Positions 20,348 to 30,208 of a stretch of DNA of 64,000 nucleotides are shown piece by piece. Where the stretch lies: assembly GCA_965209055.1 (NCBI GenBank), contig OZ242374.1, forward strand, positions 1,952,001 through 2,016,000. Reading direction: 5' to 3'. The notes below the pieces were generated by a model, which was given only the letters and a program-made list of their open reading frames with translations, made no database searches and was not told the origin of the DNA. Position 1 is the stretch's first letter. Each line of letters begins with the position of its first letter. The translations under genes were made by a program, and so were the position numbers. Origin of the DNA: Acidobacteriota bacterium. Its GTDB lineage: Bacteria; Acidobacteriota; UBA6911; RPQK01; JAJDTT01.

Positions 20348-22942
20348 GTGCCCGCTCCTCGACTCTACCTCATCGACGGCATGTCCCAGTTCTACCGGGC
20401 CTATTACGCCATCCGGAGGCTGACCAACCGGGAGGGGCTTCCCACCGGCGCCGTCTTCGGGTTCACCAACATGCTCCGCAAGCTGGTCGAGGACGAGCAC
20501 CCGGACTATCTGGCCGTGGCCATGGATCTCCCCGGGCCCACGGTCCGGCACGAACAGTTTCCCGACTACAAGGCGACCCGGCCTCCCATGCCGGAGGACC
20601 TGTCGCGGCAGATCCCCTATCTCCATCGGGTGTGCCGGGTCTTTCGGGTGCCCATGCTCTCCCACCCGGGATACGAGGCGGACGACATCATCGCCACCGT
20701 CACCCGGCAGGCGGATGAATCCGGGTTGGAGGTGGTCATCGTCAGCGTCGACAAGGACCTGTTCCAGATCGTGGGCTCGAACGTCACGATTCTCGATACC
20801 CGGACCATGACCCGGTTCGATCCGGCCGGGGTGGAGAAGAAATTCGGGGTCGCTCCCCACCAGTTGGGCGACCTCCTGAGTCTGGTCGGCGACACCTCCG
20901 ACAACATCCCGGGGGCCAAGGGAATCGGCGCGAAGGGGGCCGTGCAACTGCTCCGGACCTATGGAGACCTGGAAAACCTGCTGGCCCACAGGGACGAGGT
21001 CAGGCGCAAGACCTATCGGGAGAGTCTCCAGCAGAACGAAGCCGTGGTCCGGCAGAGCCGCGAGCTGGTGCGGATGTACGATCGGATTCCTCTGGATCTT
21101 GACCTGGAGACCCTCAGGGTTGCGGAACCGGACCCGGACAAGGCCCGGGAGCTCTTCCTGGAGCTGAACTTCACCAGGCTCCTGGAGGAGTTCCTGCCCG
21201 AACCGGAGACGGCCGGCGGCGAATACGAGCGTTACGAGAGCGGCTCGCAGTTGGACGCCCTCATGACCCGGTTGAAGGGGGCCGAGGCCGGCTTGGCGTT
21301 GCTTCCCGGCGCCACCGGGGAAACGCCGGTCCAGGGCATCGGCGTCTCGACGGGACAGGGGCAGGGGATTCACCTGCCTGGCGACCTGCTTGAGAGTGAC
21401 TCCAACCGCCTCCTCGCCGTCCTGAACCGGCCCAAACGGTGGATCATCCACGATTTGAAGCCTCTGCTCATGCTCGCCGGCAGACAGGGTTGGCAGTTGA
21501 AGCCCCAGTTTGCCGATACCCGTCTCATGGCCTACCTGTTGACGCCCAACCAGAACGATTTCTCGTTGAAACGCCTGGCGACCCAGCGTCTCCAGACCCG
21601 GCTGGCCGAGTCCGGCGCAGGCCTCTTCCCGGATGAAGAGGAACTGCTGGCCCGGTCGGCCGACCTGACCGTGCGGCTCTTCCGGGTGCTGGAGGCGGAC
21701 GTGAGAACTCACGGGTTGGAGGATCTGCTCACCGAGGTGGAGATACCCCTGGTCGGGGTGCTCGCCGACATGGAGGCCGCCGGCGTGAAGGTGGACCGGG
21801 AAATGCTCGAGTCCATGTCCCGCCGAATGGGCCGGGAGATCCAGGTTCTGGCGGACCGCGTTACCGAACTGGCCGGGGAGAAGTTCAACCTCAACTCTCC
21901 CAAGCAGTTGGGGACGATCCTGTTCGAGAAGCTGGGACTCCCTCCACCCAAGAAGACTCCCAAGGCGAAGCACTACTCCACCGGGGTCGAGGTTCTGCAG
22001 CGGCTGGCCGGCGAGCACGAGATCGCCGGGCGCATCCTCGAATACCGGGAACAGACCAAGCTGAAGAATACCTATCTGGACGCGCTGCCCGGGCTGGTCG
22101 ATTCCGATTCGGGAAGGATCCACACCTCCTACAACCAGATGGTGGCGGCGACGGGGCGCCTCTCGTCCAGCGACCCCAACCTCCAGAACATCCCCATCAA
22201 GACGGAACTGGGCCGGAAGATCCGGCGAGCCTTCGTGGCCGAGGAGGGGTACCGGCTCTTGGCGGCCGACTACTCCCAGATCGAGCTGCGAGTCATGGCC
22301 CACCTGTCCGAGGATCCCGTCCTGGTGGAGGCTTTCCGCCAGGGAGAGGACATCCATGACCGGACCGCGGCCGAAGTCCTGGGGGAGCGTACCGATCTGA
22401 CTCCCCGGGAACGTCGCCGCTACGCCAAGATCATCAATTTCGGGATCCTCTACGGGGTCAGCGCCTTTGGCCTGGCCCGGAATCTGGAGATCGGACGGTG
22501 GGAGGCCAAGCGTCTCATCGACGAGTACTTCGAACGTTACCAGGGCGTCAAGCGCTGGTCGGAAGCAACGCTCGCCGAGGCCTACGAGACGGGCTGCGTA
22601 CGAACCCTGTTCGGCCGCATCCGCCAGATACCGGAGCTCAAGAGCAAGAACTGGAACCTCAGGAGCTTCGGAGAGCGGACCGCCGTCAACGCCCCCATCC
22701 AGGGCACGGCCGCGGACCTGATCAAGAAGGCCATGGTCTCGACCCACCGCTCCCTTTCCCGAAGAGGGCTCTCCAGCCGGCTCATCCTGCAGGTGCACGA
22801 CGAACTGGTGGCGGAGGTGCTGGAAGCGGAGATGGACGAAGTCCGGGAACTGGTCCGGGAGAAGATGGAAGGGGTGGCCGCCCTGCGGGTGCCGCTGAAA
22901 GTGGACATGGCCACCGGCCAATCCTGGTACGAAGCCAAGTGA
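20348..22942 (+). CDS. polA: DNA polymerase I
   Basis: 5'-3' exonuclease motifs LIDG..YRAY, EADD, GD.SDNIPG; polymerase motifs TGRLSS.DPNLQNIP, DYSQIELR, K..NFG..YG, QVHDEL. Confidence 0.98.
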   Translation: MPAPRLYLIDGMSQFYRAYYAIRRLTNREGLPTGAVFGFTNMLRKLVEDEHPDYLAVAMDLPGPTVRHEQFPDYKATRPPMPEDLSRQIPYLHRVCRVFRVPMLSHPGYEADDIIATVTRQADESGLEVVIVSVDKDLFQIVGSNVTILDTRTMTRFDPAGVEKKFGVAPHQLGDLLSLVGDTSDNIPGAKGIGAKGAVQLLRTYGDLENLLAHRDEVRRKTYRESLQQNEAVVRQSRELVRMYDRIPLDLDLETLRVAEPDPDKARELFLELNFTRLLEEFLPEPETAGGEYERYESGSQLDALMTRLKGAEAGLALLPGATGETPVQGIGVSTGQGQGIHLPGDLLESDSNRLLAVLNRPKRWIIHDLKPLLMLAGRQGWQLKPQFADTRLMAYLLTPNQNDFSLKRLATQRLQTRLAESGAGLFPDEEELLARSADLTVRLFRVLEADVRTHGLEDLLTEVEIPLVGVLADMEAAGVKVDREMLESMSRRMGREIQVLADRVTELAGEKFNLNSPKQLGTILFEKLGLPPPKKTPKAKHYSTGVEVLQRLAGEHEIAGRILEYREQTKLKNTYLDALPGLVDSDSGRIHTSYNQMVAATGRLSSSDPNLQNIPIKTELGRKIRRAFVAEEGYRLLAADYSQIELRVMAHLSEDPVLVEAFRQGEDIHDRTAAEVLGERTDLTPRERRRYAKIINFGILYGVSAFGLARNLEIGRWEAKRLIDEYFERYQGVKRWSEATLAEAYETGCVRTLFGRIRQIPELKSKNWNLRSFGERTAVNAPIQGTAADLIKKAMVSTHRSLSRRGLSSRLILQVHDELVAEVLEAEMDEVRELVREKMEGVAALRVPLKVDMATGQSWYEAK

Positions 22943-22943
22943 A

Positions 22944-23019
22944 GGAGCGGCGGTTTTCCTACCGCCGAATAGGACCGGCGACTTTCCTGTCGCCGGGAGC
23001 GGCGACATTCCTGTCGCCG
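22944..23019 (+). repeat. Three tandem REP-like hairpins immediately after the polA stop
   Basis: GGAGC-GGCGGT-TTTCCT-ACCGCC; GGACC-GGCGAC-TTTCCT-GTCGCC; GGAGC-GGCGAC-ATTCCT-GTCGCC. Confidence 0.85.
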
Positions 23020-23107
23020 AAAGAGGCGATTGGCGGGACGATAGTCCCCCCTTTACACTTTCCTCCACACTTCCCTCCCGCCAAATCACCAAAAATCAAA
23101 TTTGTTT

Positions 23108-23135
23108 GGAACAAATCGCCCCTTTCTGCCGTCTT
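23108..23135 (+). promoter_or_regulatory. Putative autoregulatory ECF sigma promoter
   Basis: GGAAC (23108-12)-N17-CGTC (23130-33) upstream of the GGGAGG RBS and the ECF gene. Confidence 0.7.
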
Positions 23136-23158
23136 AGTTAGAAAGGGAGGTTGAAAAA

Positions 23159-23743
23159 TTGGCCACCACTCTGACATTCGCCGATAACGCCCTCATCGTC
23201 GCCTATCTGAAGGGCGATGATTACGCCTTCAAGGTTCTGGTAGACCGCTATCAGGACCGGCTTGTCAACTACATCTACAACCTTATCCGCGACTACGATC
23301 AGGCCGTGGACATCTCCCAGGAAACCTTCATCCGGGTTTTCCGTCACGCTCACCGGTACAAGGGCAACTACCAGTTCTCGACCTGGATCTACAGGATCGC
23401 CACCAACCTCGCTCTGGACGAGATGCGGCGGCGAAAACGGAAGGGTTTCTTTCTGACCCAGCGGCTCTTCGGCAACTCCGAACAGGGGGAGACGGAGATT
23501 CAGGTCAGCGACAACCGGCCGTCGCCCGAAGCCCATCTGGGGAGCAAGGAGAAGGCCCGGTTGCTGCGCACCGCCATCGATTCGCTGCCCCCGCGGTATC
23601 GCCTGGTATTCGTTCTCAAGGAGGTCCAGGAGCTGTCGCTGGAGGAGACGGGCAACGTGCTGAACCTGCGGGTGGGGACCGTCAAATCGAGGCTTCACCG
23701 GGCCAAACGGATCTTGCGGGACAAGCTTTCCAGATTTCTATGA
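23159..23743 (+). CDS. ECF RNA polymerase sigma-70 factor (RpoE/SigW-like)
   Basis: D..QETFIR, FSTWIYRIATN, GTVKSRLHRA; TTG start with a good RBS. Confidence 0.93.
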   Translation: MATTLTFADNALIVAYLKGDDYAFKVLVDRYQDRLVNYIYNLIRDYDQAVDISQETFIRVFRHAHRYKGNYQFSTWIYRIATNLALDEMRRRKRKGFFLTQRLFGNSEQGETEIQVSDNRPSPEAHLGSKEKARLLRTAIDSLPPRYRLVFVLKEVQELSLEETGNVLNLRVGTVKSRLHRAKRILRDKLSRFL

Positions 23744-24294
23744 ACTGCCGGGAGATCGAAGAAAAACTTCTGGATGAGGGGACGAACGTCCGGGATTCCA
23801 GGATCCTGTCCCACCTTCATGAATGCTCCGGTTGCCGCGGACTCTATGAGGACCTCGCGGGCCTGGAGAAAATGAATCGTTCTCTCAGACGGGGGGTGAA
23901 AGCGCCGCCGGACTTCTACCGCAAGATTGCGGGAGGTTCCATGTCCGGCGGTGACTTGGGACGCCTGGTTCTGGGAGGGCTGGCTTCGGTGATGCTGTTC
24001 GTGACCAGCGGGGCTGTGGTTCCAACGGAGTCGGCCGAGCATTCCGGCGGCGGTGAGCGCCCGGCCTTGGAGTCGCGGCGGTCGGAGAGTTCCCGGGATC
24101 GACTCCGGAACCGTCCGGGTCGAGAAAATCTTCACCGTTGGGTCAAGGAAGACCAGCCGGCGGCCTCCTCCTACGTCGAGCTTCGAGTGGAGGACTCTTC
24201 CGGCACGCCGGTTCTGGTCCGGGTGCCCCGCACCGTCGAGGTGCGCACCAGCGACCTGCATCACGGACTCTACTGGCAACGGGTCAGCCATTAG
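23740..24294 (+). CDS. Zinc-finger (HxxxCxxC) transmembrane anti-sigma factor
   Basis: MNC...HLHECSGC, one hydrophobic segment, ATGA overlap with the sigma gene. Confidence 0.8.
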   Translation: MNCREIEEKLLDEGTNVRDSRILSHLHECSGCRGLYEDLAGLEKMNRSLRRGVKAPPDFYRKIAGGSMSGGDLGRLVLGGLASVMLFVTSGAVVPTESAEHSGGGERPALESRRSESSRDRLRNRPGRENLHRWVKEDQPAASSYVELRVEDSSGTPVLVRVPRTVEVRTSDLHHGLYWQRVSH

Positions 24295-24313
24295 GAACTA
24301 GCCGCTGGTTCGA

Positions 24314-25723
24314 TTGGATCCCATGGCCTCCGTTGTCTTCGGCGAAACCAATCTCCTGAATCGCTCAAAAAGGCCGGCTCGCCGGATGTCCTCCTGGTTG
24401 GCGCCGGTCGTGATTCTGGCTCTGGTCTGCCCTCTTGCCGTTGATGCCGCACCGTCCGAACCGGTCCGGGACTCGCTGGTCCGGATCTCCTTGAAACGTC
24501 AATTCCACGGCGTCGTTTTCCGGGACGGGCTGCTGCCTGGTGTCCAGGTTCACGAGAAGATCCTGTTGGAAGGGGCTTATCTCGACTCCGGCCACATCGT
24601 CTCCTATCTGGGCAGCCACGGAATCGATCTGGACCACCCGACCGTGGAGATCGTTCTGAGGCCGGGAGAGGAGGGTCAGGCCCCACTTCGGCTGGTGGGG
24701 GTGGACGAACGGATCAGCCTGGCGGTTCTGGAACACGCCGCTTCTTCCCCCTCGGCCCGGTCCGCGCCGAGCGATTCCAATCCGAACCAGGTCCACATGG
24801 CCTACGCGGGAGAGTCCGGCTGGAACCTCCTCTCCTGCAAGACTCTCCGCTGGGAACCGGTACGGACAGGCCCCGGCAGGACAGTCCTGTTGCGGCCCCG
24901 GGATGCGCCGCGCGAGGCGGACCTCTGGGAGGGCGGATTCCTGCTGGATCTCAACCAGCGAGTCCTGGGGCTGGTGACCCGCGTGAGCCGTCATCCGTTG
25001 GGGCGGAGTCTCAATTGCCGGTTTCTCCCCTGGTCGATGGTGCGCGAGTCCGCCCGGCAGGTGGTATCCAGAAACGGTCACATTCGTTCGGGTTGGCTGG
25101 GAGTCTATGTAACAGGCGGGGACGGCGGACCGGTGATCGACGGGATCGAGCCCGGAAGCCCGGCGGCTCTCGCCGGACTTCAATCGGGGGACGTGATATT
25201 GAAGGCGGGTGAGGTCGAAGCTCCGTCCCTGGAGGGTCTGCTGCAGGCCATCCGCCGGAACGAACCCGGATCACAGCTGGATCTGGTGGTGCGCCGGGGA
25301 GACGCGACCAGAGAAGTCGAGGCGACGTTGGCCCTGAGGCCGCCCCTGCATTCTCATCTGGCTTGGCGGATGGAGTTGCCCGGCGTCGTCGGCGGCCGTT
25401 TGATCGAGGAGATGTTTCTGCAGAGGGTGCTGGTGCCGATTCCACCCGGTCTGGGACTCGTGGTCGATCCCTGGGTGCCCGATGGCGCGGGAGGCGTTTC
25501 AGGCTCCATCGACAGAGGACTCCGGGTAAGATCGGTGGGAACCCGGAGCATCGGATACCGGGCGGGTCTCCGCAGTGGGGATATCCTGATCCGGATCAAC
25601 GACCAGCCGGTGGGATCATCGGGCGACCTGCGCCGTTACTCCCGGGCGGGTGTGGATGGATTCCTGATTCTCCATTATCTTCGGGGGGGCCAGCTTCGAA
25701 CCTTCCGCCTCCGGCTGCCTTGA
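24314..25723 (+). CDS. Secreted DegP/HtrA-like protein with two PDZ domains and a degenerate protease domain (start uncertain)
   Basis: GWLGV...GSPAALAGLQSGDVI and GLRSGDILIRIND PDZ motifs; trypsin-like scaffold lacking the canonical catalytic motifs. Confidence 0.7.
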   Translation: MDPMASVVFGETNLLNRSKRPARRMSSWLAPVVILALVCPLAVDAAPSEPVRDSLVRISLKRQFHGVVFRDGLLPGVQVHEKILLEGAYLDSGHIVSYLGSHGIDLDHPTVEIVLRPGEEGQAPLRLVGVDERISLAVLEHAASSPSARSAPSDSNPNQVHMAYAGESGWNLLSCKTLRWEPVRTGPGRTVLLRPRDAPREADLWEGGFLLDLNQRVLGLVTRVSRHPLGRSLNCRFLPWSMVRESARQVVSRNGHIRSGWLGVYVTGGDGGPVIDGIEPGSPAALAGLQSGDVILKAGEVEAPSLEGLLQAIRRNEPGSQLDLVVRRGDATREVEATLALRPPLHSHLAWRMELPGVVGGRLIEEMFLQRVLVPIPPGLGLVVDPWVPDGAGGVSGSIDRGLRVRSVGTRSIGYRAGLRSGDILIRINDQPVGSSGDLRRYSRAGVDGFLILHYLRGGQLRTFRLRLP

Positions 25724-25724
25724 C

Positions 25725-25747
25725 GGAGCGGCGGTTTCCAACCGCCG
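25725..25747 (+). repeat. GGAG-tagged REP-like hairpin
   Basis: GGAGC-GGCGGT-TTCCA-ACCGCC-G, one base after the stop codon. Confidence 0.8.
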
Positions 25748-25804
25748 GCCGCGAAGCGGCAGCCGAGCGGCAGCAAAACATAACCCGGCAAGTTTGCAAA
25801 AACC

Positions 25805-28606
25805 GTGACAGACATCCTCTCCATCCGCGGAGCCCGCCAGCACAATCTGAAGAACGTCGACCTGGACCTGCCCCGAAACCGGATCACCGTCATCACCGGT
25901 CTCAGCGGCTCGGGAAAGTCGAGCCTGGCCTTCGACACCCTCTACGCCGAGGGACAGCGGCGCTACATCGAATCGCTCTCCACCTACGCCCGCCAGTTCC
26001 TGGAGAAGATGGAGAAGCCGGACGTCGACTCCATCGAAGGGCTGTCGCCCGCCATCTCCATCGAGCAGAAGACCACCACCCGGAGCCCCCGCTCCACCGT
26101 GGGGACCATCACCGAAGTCTACGACTACCTCCGTCTCCTCTTCTCCAGCATCGGCACGCCCAGTTGCCCTCGTTGCGACCGCCCCATCACCCGCCAGTCG
26201 GTGGATCAGATCGTCTCCCGGATCCTGGCCGACGCGCCGGGTAAACGGGGCATGATCCTGGCTCCCCTGGTCCGGGACCGGAAGGGGGAGTTCAAGAAGT
26301 TGTTCGAACGGTACCGGAGGGAGGGATACCTGCGGGCGCGGGTGGACGGGCTCATGGAGTACCTGGAGGAACCTCCGCAACTGGACAAGCGGAAGAGCCA
26401 CACGGTGGAGATCGTCGTGGACCGGGTTCAGGTTCTGGAGCAGGCCCGGGCCCGAATCCGCAACTCGGTTCAACACGCCGTGGAGATGGCCGAAGGGTTG
26501 GTGGCCTTCTCTCCCTGGGGCGGGTCCGACCTCCTCTTCTCGGAGCGGGCCGCCTGTGTTCGCTGTGGCATCAGCATGCCGGAGTTGGAGCCCCGCAGCT
26601 TCTCCTTCAACAGCCGTTTCGGCGCCTGCTCCGAATGCGAGGGATTGGGGATTCGGCTTCGAGTCAACTTGAGGCGCTTGATGCCGGACCGGGACGCCAC
26701 TCTGGAGACCCTCTCTCCGGAGCTGCCCGACCGGGACCTCAAGCAATTCATGCGACAATCTCTGCAAGCCCTCCTGGAACACTTCTCCCTGGATCCCGGA
26801 ATCCCTCTCCGGGAATATCCCGACCGTGTCTGGAAGGCCCTGCGTGCCGGTCTCGACAAGCCCATACTGTTCCGTTACGGCGAACTGACCTATCCGGCGC
26901 GTTTCCCGGGATTGGAGCGATGGTTTCAGAAGAAGCTCCGTGCCACGGGAAGCGAGAAGAGGAAGCAGCGGCTTCTCAGCTTCATGGTCGAGGGCGACTG
27001 CCCGGCCTGCGGGGGAAGCCGGCTCCGTCCCGAGAGCCGGGCGGTGCGCATTCAGGGGCGCTCCATTTCGGAATACTGCCGGATGCCGCTGGACGAGTGC
27101 CTGCCTGCTCTGGAGGCCATCCGGCTCACCCCCCGGCAGGAGTCCATCGCAGGCCCGGTCCTGGATGAAATCCATCACCGGGTCCGGTTTCTGCTGAAAG
27201 TGGGGCTCTCCTACCTGACGCTGGACCGGAAGGCGGCTTCGCTGTCGGGCGGGGAAGCGCAACGAGTGCGGCTGGCCACCCAGGTGGGCTCCCGGCTCCG
27301 GGGAGTCCTCTACGTCCTGGACGAGCCCTCCGTGGGTCTCCACCCGCGGGACGTGGCCAGCCTCCTGGGCAGCCTGCGGCAACTCCGGGACCTGGGGAAC
27401 ACGATCCTCATCGTGGAGCACGACGAAGAGACCATCCGCAATGGCGACTTCGTTGTCGACCTGGGACCGGGCGCGGCCAACCACGGCGGGCGGGTGGTTG
27501 CGGCGGGAAGCCTCCAGGAGATTCTGCGCCATCCCGATTCCCTGACCGCTTCCTACCTGCGGGGCACGCGCCGCATCGAGCCTCCCCCGAGGAACCACAC
27601 CGGGGAACCCCGGTCCATTGAAGTCGTAGGCGCCACCCACAACAATCTCCGCGACATCGACGTCAGCTTTCCGCTGGGACGTCTGGTCCTGGTGACGGGC
27701 GTCTCGGGCTCGGGCAAGTCGTCCCTGGTGAGCGAAGTGCTCCACCGCGCCCTGAGCCGGAACCTCTACGGCTCCTTCGCGGAGCCGGGTCCCCATCGGG
27801 AGATCCGGGGGCTGGAGCATGTGGACAAGGTCATCGAGATCGACCAGTCTCCCATCGGCCGCACGCCGCGGTCGAACCCGGCCACCTACACCGGCGTCTT
27901 CACTCCCATTCGGCAGTTGTTCTCCCTCCTGCCCGAGTCCAGGTCCCGGGGCTACAAGGCGGGACGATTCAGCTTCAACGTCTCCGGCGGCCGGTGTGAA
28001 GCCTGCCGGGGAAACGGCTTGAGCAAGATCGAGATGAACTTCCTCCCCGACGTCTACGTGGTGTGCGAGAGCTGCAACGGCACCCGTTACAACCGGGAGA
28101 CCCGGGAGATTCGCTACCGCGGCTATTCCATCTCCGATGTGCTGGACATGACTGTGGAGGAGGCCTGCGAGCTCCTGGAGAACATCCCCACCATCAAGTC
28201 GCGGCTCAACACGTTGGTGGAGGTGGGGCTGGGCTACATCCGGCTGGGCCAGTCGGCGCCGACGCTCTCGGGCGGCGAGGCCCAACGGGTGAAGCTGGCC
28301 AGCGAACTCAATCGGCGGGCGACGGGCAACACCATCTACATCCTGGACGAACCCACCACCGGCCTCCACTTCGAGGACGTGAGGCGCCTTCTGGACATCC
28401 TCCACCGCCTGGTGGACGTGGGGAATACGGTCATCGTCATCGAGCACAACCTGGAGGTGGTGAAGAGCGCCGACTGGATCATCGACCTGGGACCCGGCGG
28501 AGGGAAAGCCGGCGGAGAAGTGGTCTGCACCGGTCCGCCGGAAGCCGTGGCCGGGTTTCCCGGCTCCTACACCGGCCAGGCCCTGCGCCAGGTTCTGGCT
28601 GGATGA
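25805..28606 (+). CDS. uvrA: Excinuclease ABC subunit A
   Basis: [18 protein letters not shown], two LSGGEAQR and LDEP motifs, zinc fingers. Confidence 0.98.
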   Translation: MTDILSIRGARQHNLKNVDLDLPRNRITVITGLSGSGKSSLAFDTLYAEGQRRYIESLSTYARQFLEKMEKPDVDSIEGLSPAISIEQKTTTRSPRSTVGTITEVYDYLRLLFSSIGTPSCPRCDRPITRQSVDQIVSRILADAPGKRGMILAPLVRDRKGEFKKLFERYRREGYLRARVDGLMEYLEEPPQLDKRKSHTVEIVVDRVQVLEQARARIRNSVQHAVEMAEGLVAFSPWGGSDLLFSERAACVRCGISMPELEPRSFSFNSRFGACSECEGLGIRLRVNLRRLMPDRDATLETLSPELPDRDLKQFMRQSLQALLEHFSLDPGIPLREYPDRVWKALRAGLDKPILFRYGELTYPARFPGLERWFQKKLRATGSEKRKQRLLSFMVEGDCPACGGSRLRPESRAVRIQGRSISEYCRMPLDECLPALEAIRLTPRQESIAGPVLDEIHHRVRFLLKVGLSYLTLDRKAASLSGGEAQRVRLATQVGSRLRGVLYVLDEPSVGLHPRDVASLLGSLRQLRDLGNTILIVEHDEETIRNGDFVVDLGPGAANHGGRVVAAGSLQEILRHPDSLTASYLRGTRRIEPPPRNHTGEPRSIEVVGATHNNLRDIDVSFPLGRLVLVTGVSGSGKSSLVSEVLHRALSRNLYGSFAEPGPHREIRGLEHVDKVIEIDQSPIGRTPRSNPATYTGVFTPIRQLFSLLPESRSRGYKAGRFSFNVSGGRCEACRGNGLSKIEMNFLPDVYVVCESCNGTRYNRETREIRYRGYSISDVLDMTVEEACELLENIPTIKSRLNTLVEVGLGYIRLGQSAPTLSGGEAQRVKLASELNRRATGNTIYILDEPTTGLHFEDVRRLLDILHRLVDVGNTVIVIEHNLEVVKSADWIIDLGPGGGKAGGEVVCTGPPEAVAGFPGSYTGQALRQVLAG

Positions 28607-30090
28607 CGGGCCCACCGCCCGCGCCGTCCGGAAGCAGAGTGGTGATCGGGGAACTCTGGAGCCGGAGGGGTTGGCTTGCGGCCTCTCTTCTGGTTGTTCT
28701 CTCGTGCGCCGCCTGGACCTGGATCAGCTTTCAATTCCGCTACGGCGAGGGGCACGCCGACCGGCCCATCCCGACTTTCGTCCTGCTCTACGCGTGCGCC
28801 TGGGCGGGATTCTTCCTGGGCTACCTTCAGCTTCGCCGGGGGGACCGTCAAGCGCCGCTTCTCCTGATCGTGGCGACTGCCCTGGTCGCCCGCGTCCTGC
28901 TGCTCGGCTCCGGCCTGATTCAGGAGAATGACGTCTACCGTTACGTCCTGGACGGACAGGTCCTGCTGGCGGGAGCGAATCCATACGAGCAGTCCCCTTT
29001 GGAACTGTCGCTCCTTCCTCCGGAGCCTGTGGAACGGGCGCTGTCGGACCCGGCGGCGGAGGAGGTCATCTCCCGCATCGGGTACGCCGAGATTCCTACC
29101 CTCTACCCTCCGGCGGCTCAGGCGGCGTTCGCCGCCGGAGGCCTGATCAGCGGATGGAACTGGATCGGACTCCGGATCCTCTTCACCCTGTTCGATCTGG
29201 CCCTGATCGGGCTGATCGTCCTGCTGCTTACCCGTATCGGCTCGTCCCCGGCCTGGGTGCTCCTGTACGCCTGGAACCCGCTGGTGTTGAAGGAGGTCGC
29301 CAACTCGGTCCACGTGGACGTCCTGCCCGCCTTCTTCGTCGTGCTTCTGATGGTGAGCCTGGAACGGACCCGGCCTCATGGGGGCTGGAGGTGGCTGTTG
29401 ATGGCCGCCGGGTCCATGGCTGCAGGAGTGCTCTCGAAGCTGTATCCCATCCTCCTGTTGCCGGCCGCGTTCCGGTTCATCTCCCTGGTTTCGGGCGGGA
29501 AGAAGGCCGTCACCTTCGCGGCCGCGTCTCTCGCCGGGATCGTGCTTGGGTACCTGCCCTTCCTGTCCCTGGACGCGGACCGGCTCACCGACGGTCTCAG
29601 GAGCTATGCGGAACGCTGGCGGATGAACCAGGGCGCCTTCGACCTGCTGGAAGTTCTGCTCCCCCAGCCTCGGCTCGCCTGCGGCATCCTGATCCTGGCG
29701 GTCGCCGTGGCCGTGCCCTGGATCCGCCTCCGGTCCCGCGGATCGCCGGCGGAGCTGATGGGAGTCTGCCAGTGGGTCCTGCTGCTCTGGTTTCTCCTTC
29801 TGCCCGCGCCCTTTCCCTGGTACGCGGTAGTTCTCGCGGCACTGTTGCCGGCGACGCCGCGATTCGCATGGACGGCGCCCGCCGTCGTCGCGCTCTCCGG
29901 CGCGGCCGGCCTCTACTACCTCAGCTTCTACTACGAGTACCAGCGGTTTCCGGAAGCCTGGTGGACCTGGACCCGGCTGGCCGAGCACGCCTTGATCTGG
30001 GGAACCCTGGGATTCGCTTGGCTACAGTCCCGGCGGAGAGGCGGTTTCCAATCGCCCTCCGGGAGGGGGACTGGTGGTCCCCCTCAGTAG
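28603..30090 (+). CDS. GT-C fold membrane glycosyltransferase (GT87/DUF2029-like)
   Basis: ENDVYRY..DG, G.NPY, T.YPP.AQ, YAWNPL, K.YP, PWY; ATGA overlap with uvrA. Confidence 0.8.
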   Translation: MTGPPPAPSGSRVVIGELWSRRGWLAASLLVVLSCAAWTWISFQFRYGEGHADRPIPTFVLLYACAWAGFFLGYLQLRRGDRQAPLLLIVATALVARVLLLGSGLIQENDVYRYVLDGQVLLAGANPYEQSPLELSLLPPEPVERALSDPAAEEVISRIGYAEIPTLYPPAAQAAFAAGGLISGWNWIGLRILFTLFDLALIGLIVLLLTRIGSSPAWVLLYAWNPLVLKEVANSVHVDVLPAFFVVLLMVSLERTRPHGGWRWLLMAAGSMAAGVLSKLYPILLLPAAFRFISLVSGGKKAVTFAAASLAGIVLGYLPFLSLDADRLTDGLRSYAERWRMNQGAFDLLEVLLPQPRLACGILILAVAVAVPWIRLRSRGSPAELMGVCQWVLLLWFLLLPAPFPWYAVVLAALLPATPRFAWTAPAVVALSGAAGLYYLSFYYEYQRFPEAWWTWTRLAEHALIWGTLGFAWLQSRRRGGFQSPSGRGTGGPPQ

Positions 30091-30105
30091 GGGGGACTTT
30101 CCTGG
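30035..30105 (+). repeat. Cluster of REP-like hairpins overlapping the GT87 3' end
   Basis: GGAGAGGCGGTTTCCAATCGCC, GGAGGGGGACTGGTGGTCCCCC, GTAGGGGGGACTTTCC. Confidence 0.7.
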
Positions 30106-30208
30106 TAGGCAAGCAAGTGAGATTGCGTGTAGCATACGATTCATCGACGCATACCGTCTGGGTCAGGACGCAGGGTGCCGGCTGCGTCCCATAAATGAGG
30201 AGAATGCG

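Noticed and set aside
22944-23019. CRISPR array (also considered for 36553-36772 and 41690-41713)
   Set aside because: Units are adjacent or irregularly spaced, vary in sequence, lack unique spacers of constant length, and no cas genes are present
18266-23092. 1608-aa minus-strand ORF
   Set aside because: Only the last 396 aa (from ATG 19456) are a real M24 peptidase; the rest is the stop-free antisense frame of polA and an off-frame of plsC, typical of high-GC DNA
25750-25804. SOS/LexA box upstream of uvrA
   Set aside because: No convincing CTGT-N8-ACAG, GAAC-N4-GTTC or GTTC-N7-GTTC match
25616-28615. 999-aa ORF antisense to uvrA (and similar shadows such as 39436-41829, 13503-14876, 62901-63965)
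   Set aside because: Mirror frames of well-supported genes with no motifs of their own
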